Assembly (NCBI GenBank): GCA_017434985.1
Contig: JAFSFY010000039.1
Location: 36,849 to 100,848, forward strand
DNA length: 64,000 nucleotides
Source of the DNA: Clostridia bacterium
GTDB lineage: Bacteria > Bacillota > Clostridia > Oscillospirales > Acutalibacteraceae
Direction: 5' to 3'
The position numbers and the translations under genes are program-made. The notes under the pieces were generated by a model. The model was not told the origin of the DNA and searched no databases. It saw nothing but the letters and a program-made list of their open reading frames with translations. Below, piece after piece: positions 63,824 to 64,000 of the stretch. The first letter of the stretch is position 1. Each line of letters begins with the position of its first letter.

Positions 63824-64000
63824 GCAAACTGCCGTTTGCAGTGATATTTTTGCTCAAAGGCAAAAGTGATATAAAAGCCTACGGCTTTTGTGATATTATA
63901 TTCGCCATAAAACTCGGCGTAGCCGAATATCACACGGCATAGCCGTATATCACTGCGGAGCAATATCACTCGCCGATAGGCGAATATAACTGAGGCGCAC
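63824..64000. repeat. Array of 7-bp GTGATAT motifs (three direct copies at ~63841, 63867, 63891, then three or four inverted copies ATATCAC at ~63926, 63946, 63963, degenerate at 63983) plus palindrome TGCAAAC-N5-GTTTGCA: iteron/operator-like array truncated by the window end
   Basis: Seen directly. Copies are spaced 17-26 bp apart, the orientation switches at the midpoint, and the region is AT-rich. Confidence 0.4.

Noticed and set aside
63824-64000. CRISPR array at the window end
   Set aside because: The repeat unit is only 7-9 bp, with variable 17-26-bp spacing and an orientation switch. There are no 28-37-bp repeats, no uniform spacers and no cas genes, so it was classified as an iteron/operator-like motif array.

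Overview
A 64-kb chromosomal segment of a high-GC (about 58% by eye), Gram-positive, spore-forming Firmicute, probably Clostridia. The placement rests on ytfI-ytfJ/gerW spore genes, a glgBCDA operon with glgD, the yceD-rpmF and der-plsY-gpsA clusters, GHL10 proteins, and AGGAGG-type RBS with ATG/GTG/TTG starts. Most of the window is housekeeping: gdhA, ruvX, birA, phosphoglucomutase, metG, luxS, glgBCDA, pgi, der/plsY/gpsA, nth, rarA, potABCD, and two tRNA-Ser genes. Several accessory features stand out. (1) Downstream of the tRNA-Ser pair at about 52.4-52.6 kb there is a lower-GC island. It opens with a tRNA 3'-end fragment and imperfect direct repeats. It encodes an acyltransferase_3 protein, a TagF-like glycerophosphotransferase, an unusual YidC/Oxa1-insertase fused to an LtaS-like (alkaline-phosphatase-superfamily) domain, licC-licA-licB homologues (phosphocholine activation and uptake) with no licD, a beta-helix protein and an AAC(3)-family acetyltransferase. 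(2) A roughly 370-nt AT-rich noncoding transcript with its own sigmaA promoter and intrinsic terminator sits directly upstream of a split (two-half) TauE/SafE exporter. (3) A 1049-aa GHL10 + Amidase_3 fusion lies next to a second GHL10 lipoprotein and a BNR lipoprotein; all three have poly-Thr linkers. (4) An orphan mazF toxin has no adjacent antitoxin. (5) A DUF1836-NfeD-flotillin operon is present. (6) Iteron-like GTGATAT motif arrays and an operator-like palindrome lie at the window end, and a structured repeat-bearing intergenic region sits at 36.3-36.5 kb. The first ~700 bp are AT-rich (a partial LRR protein gene), which suggests foreign DNA. Many long ORFs in the six-frame track are antisense artefacts of the high GC and were rejected.
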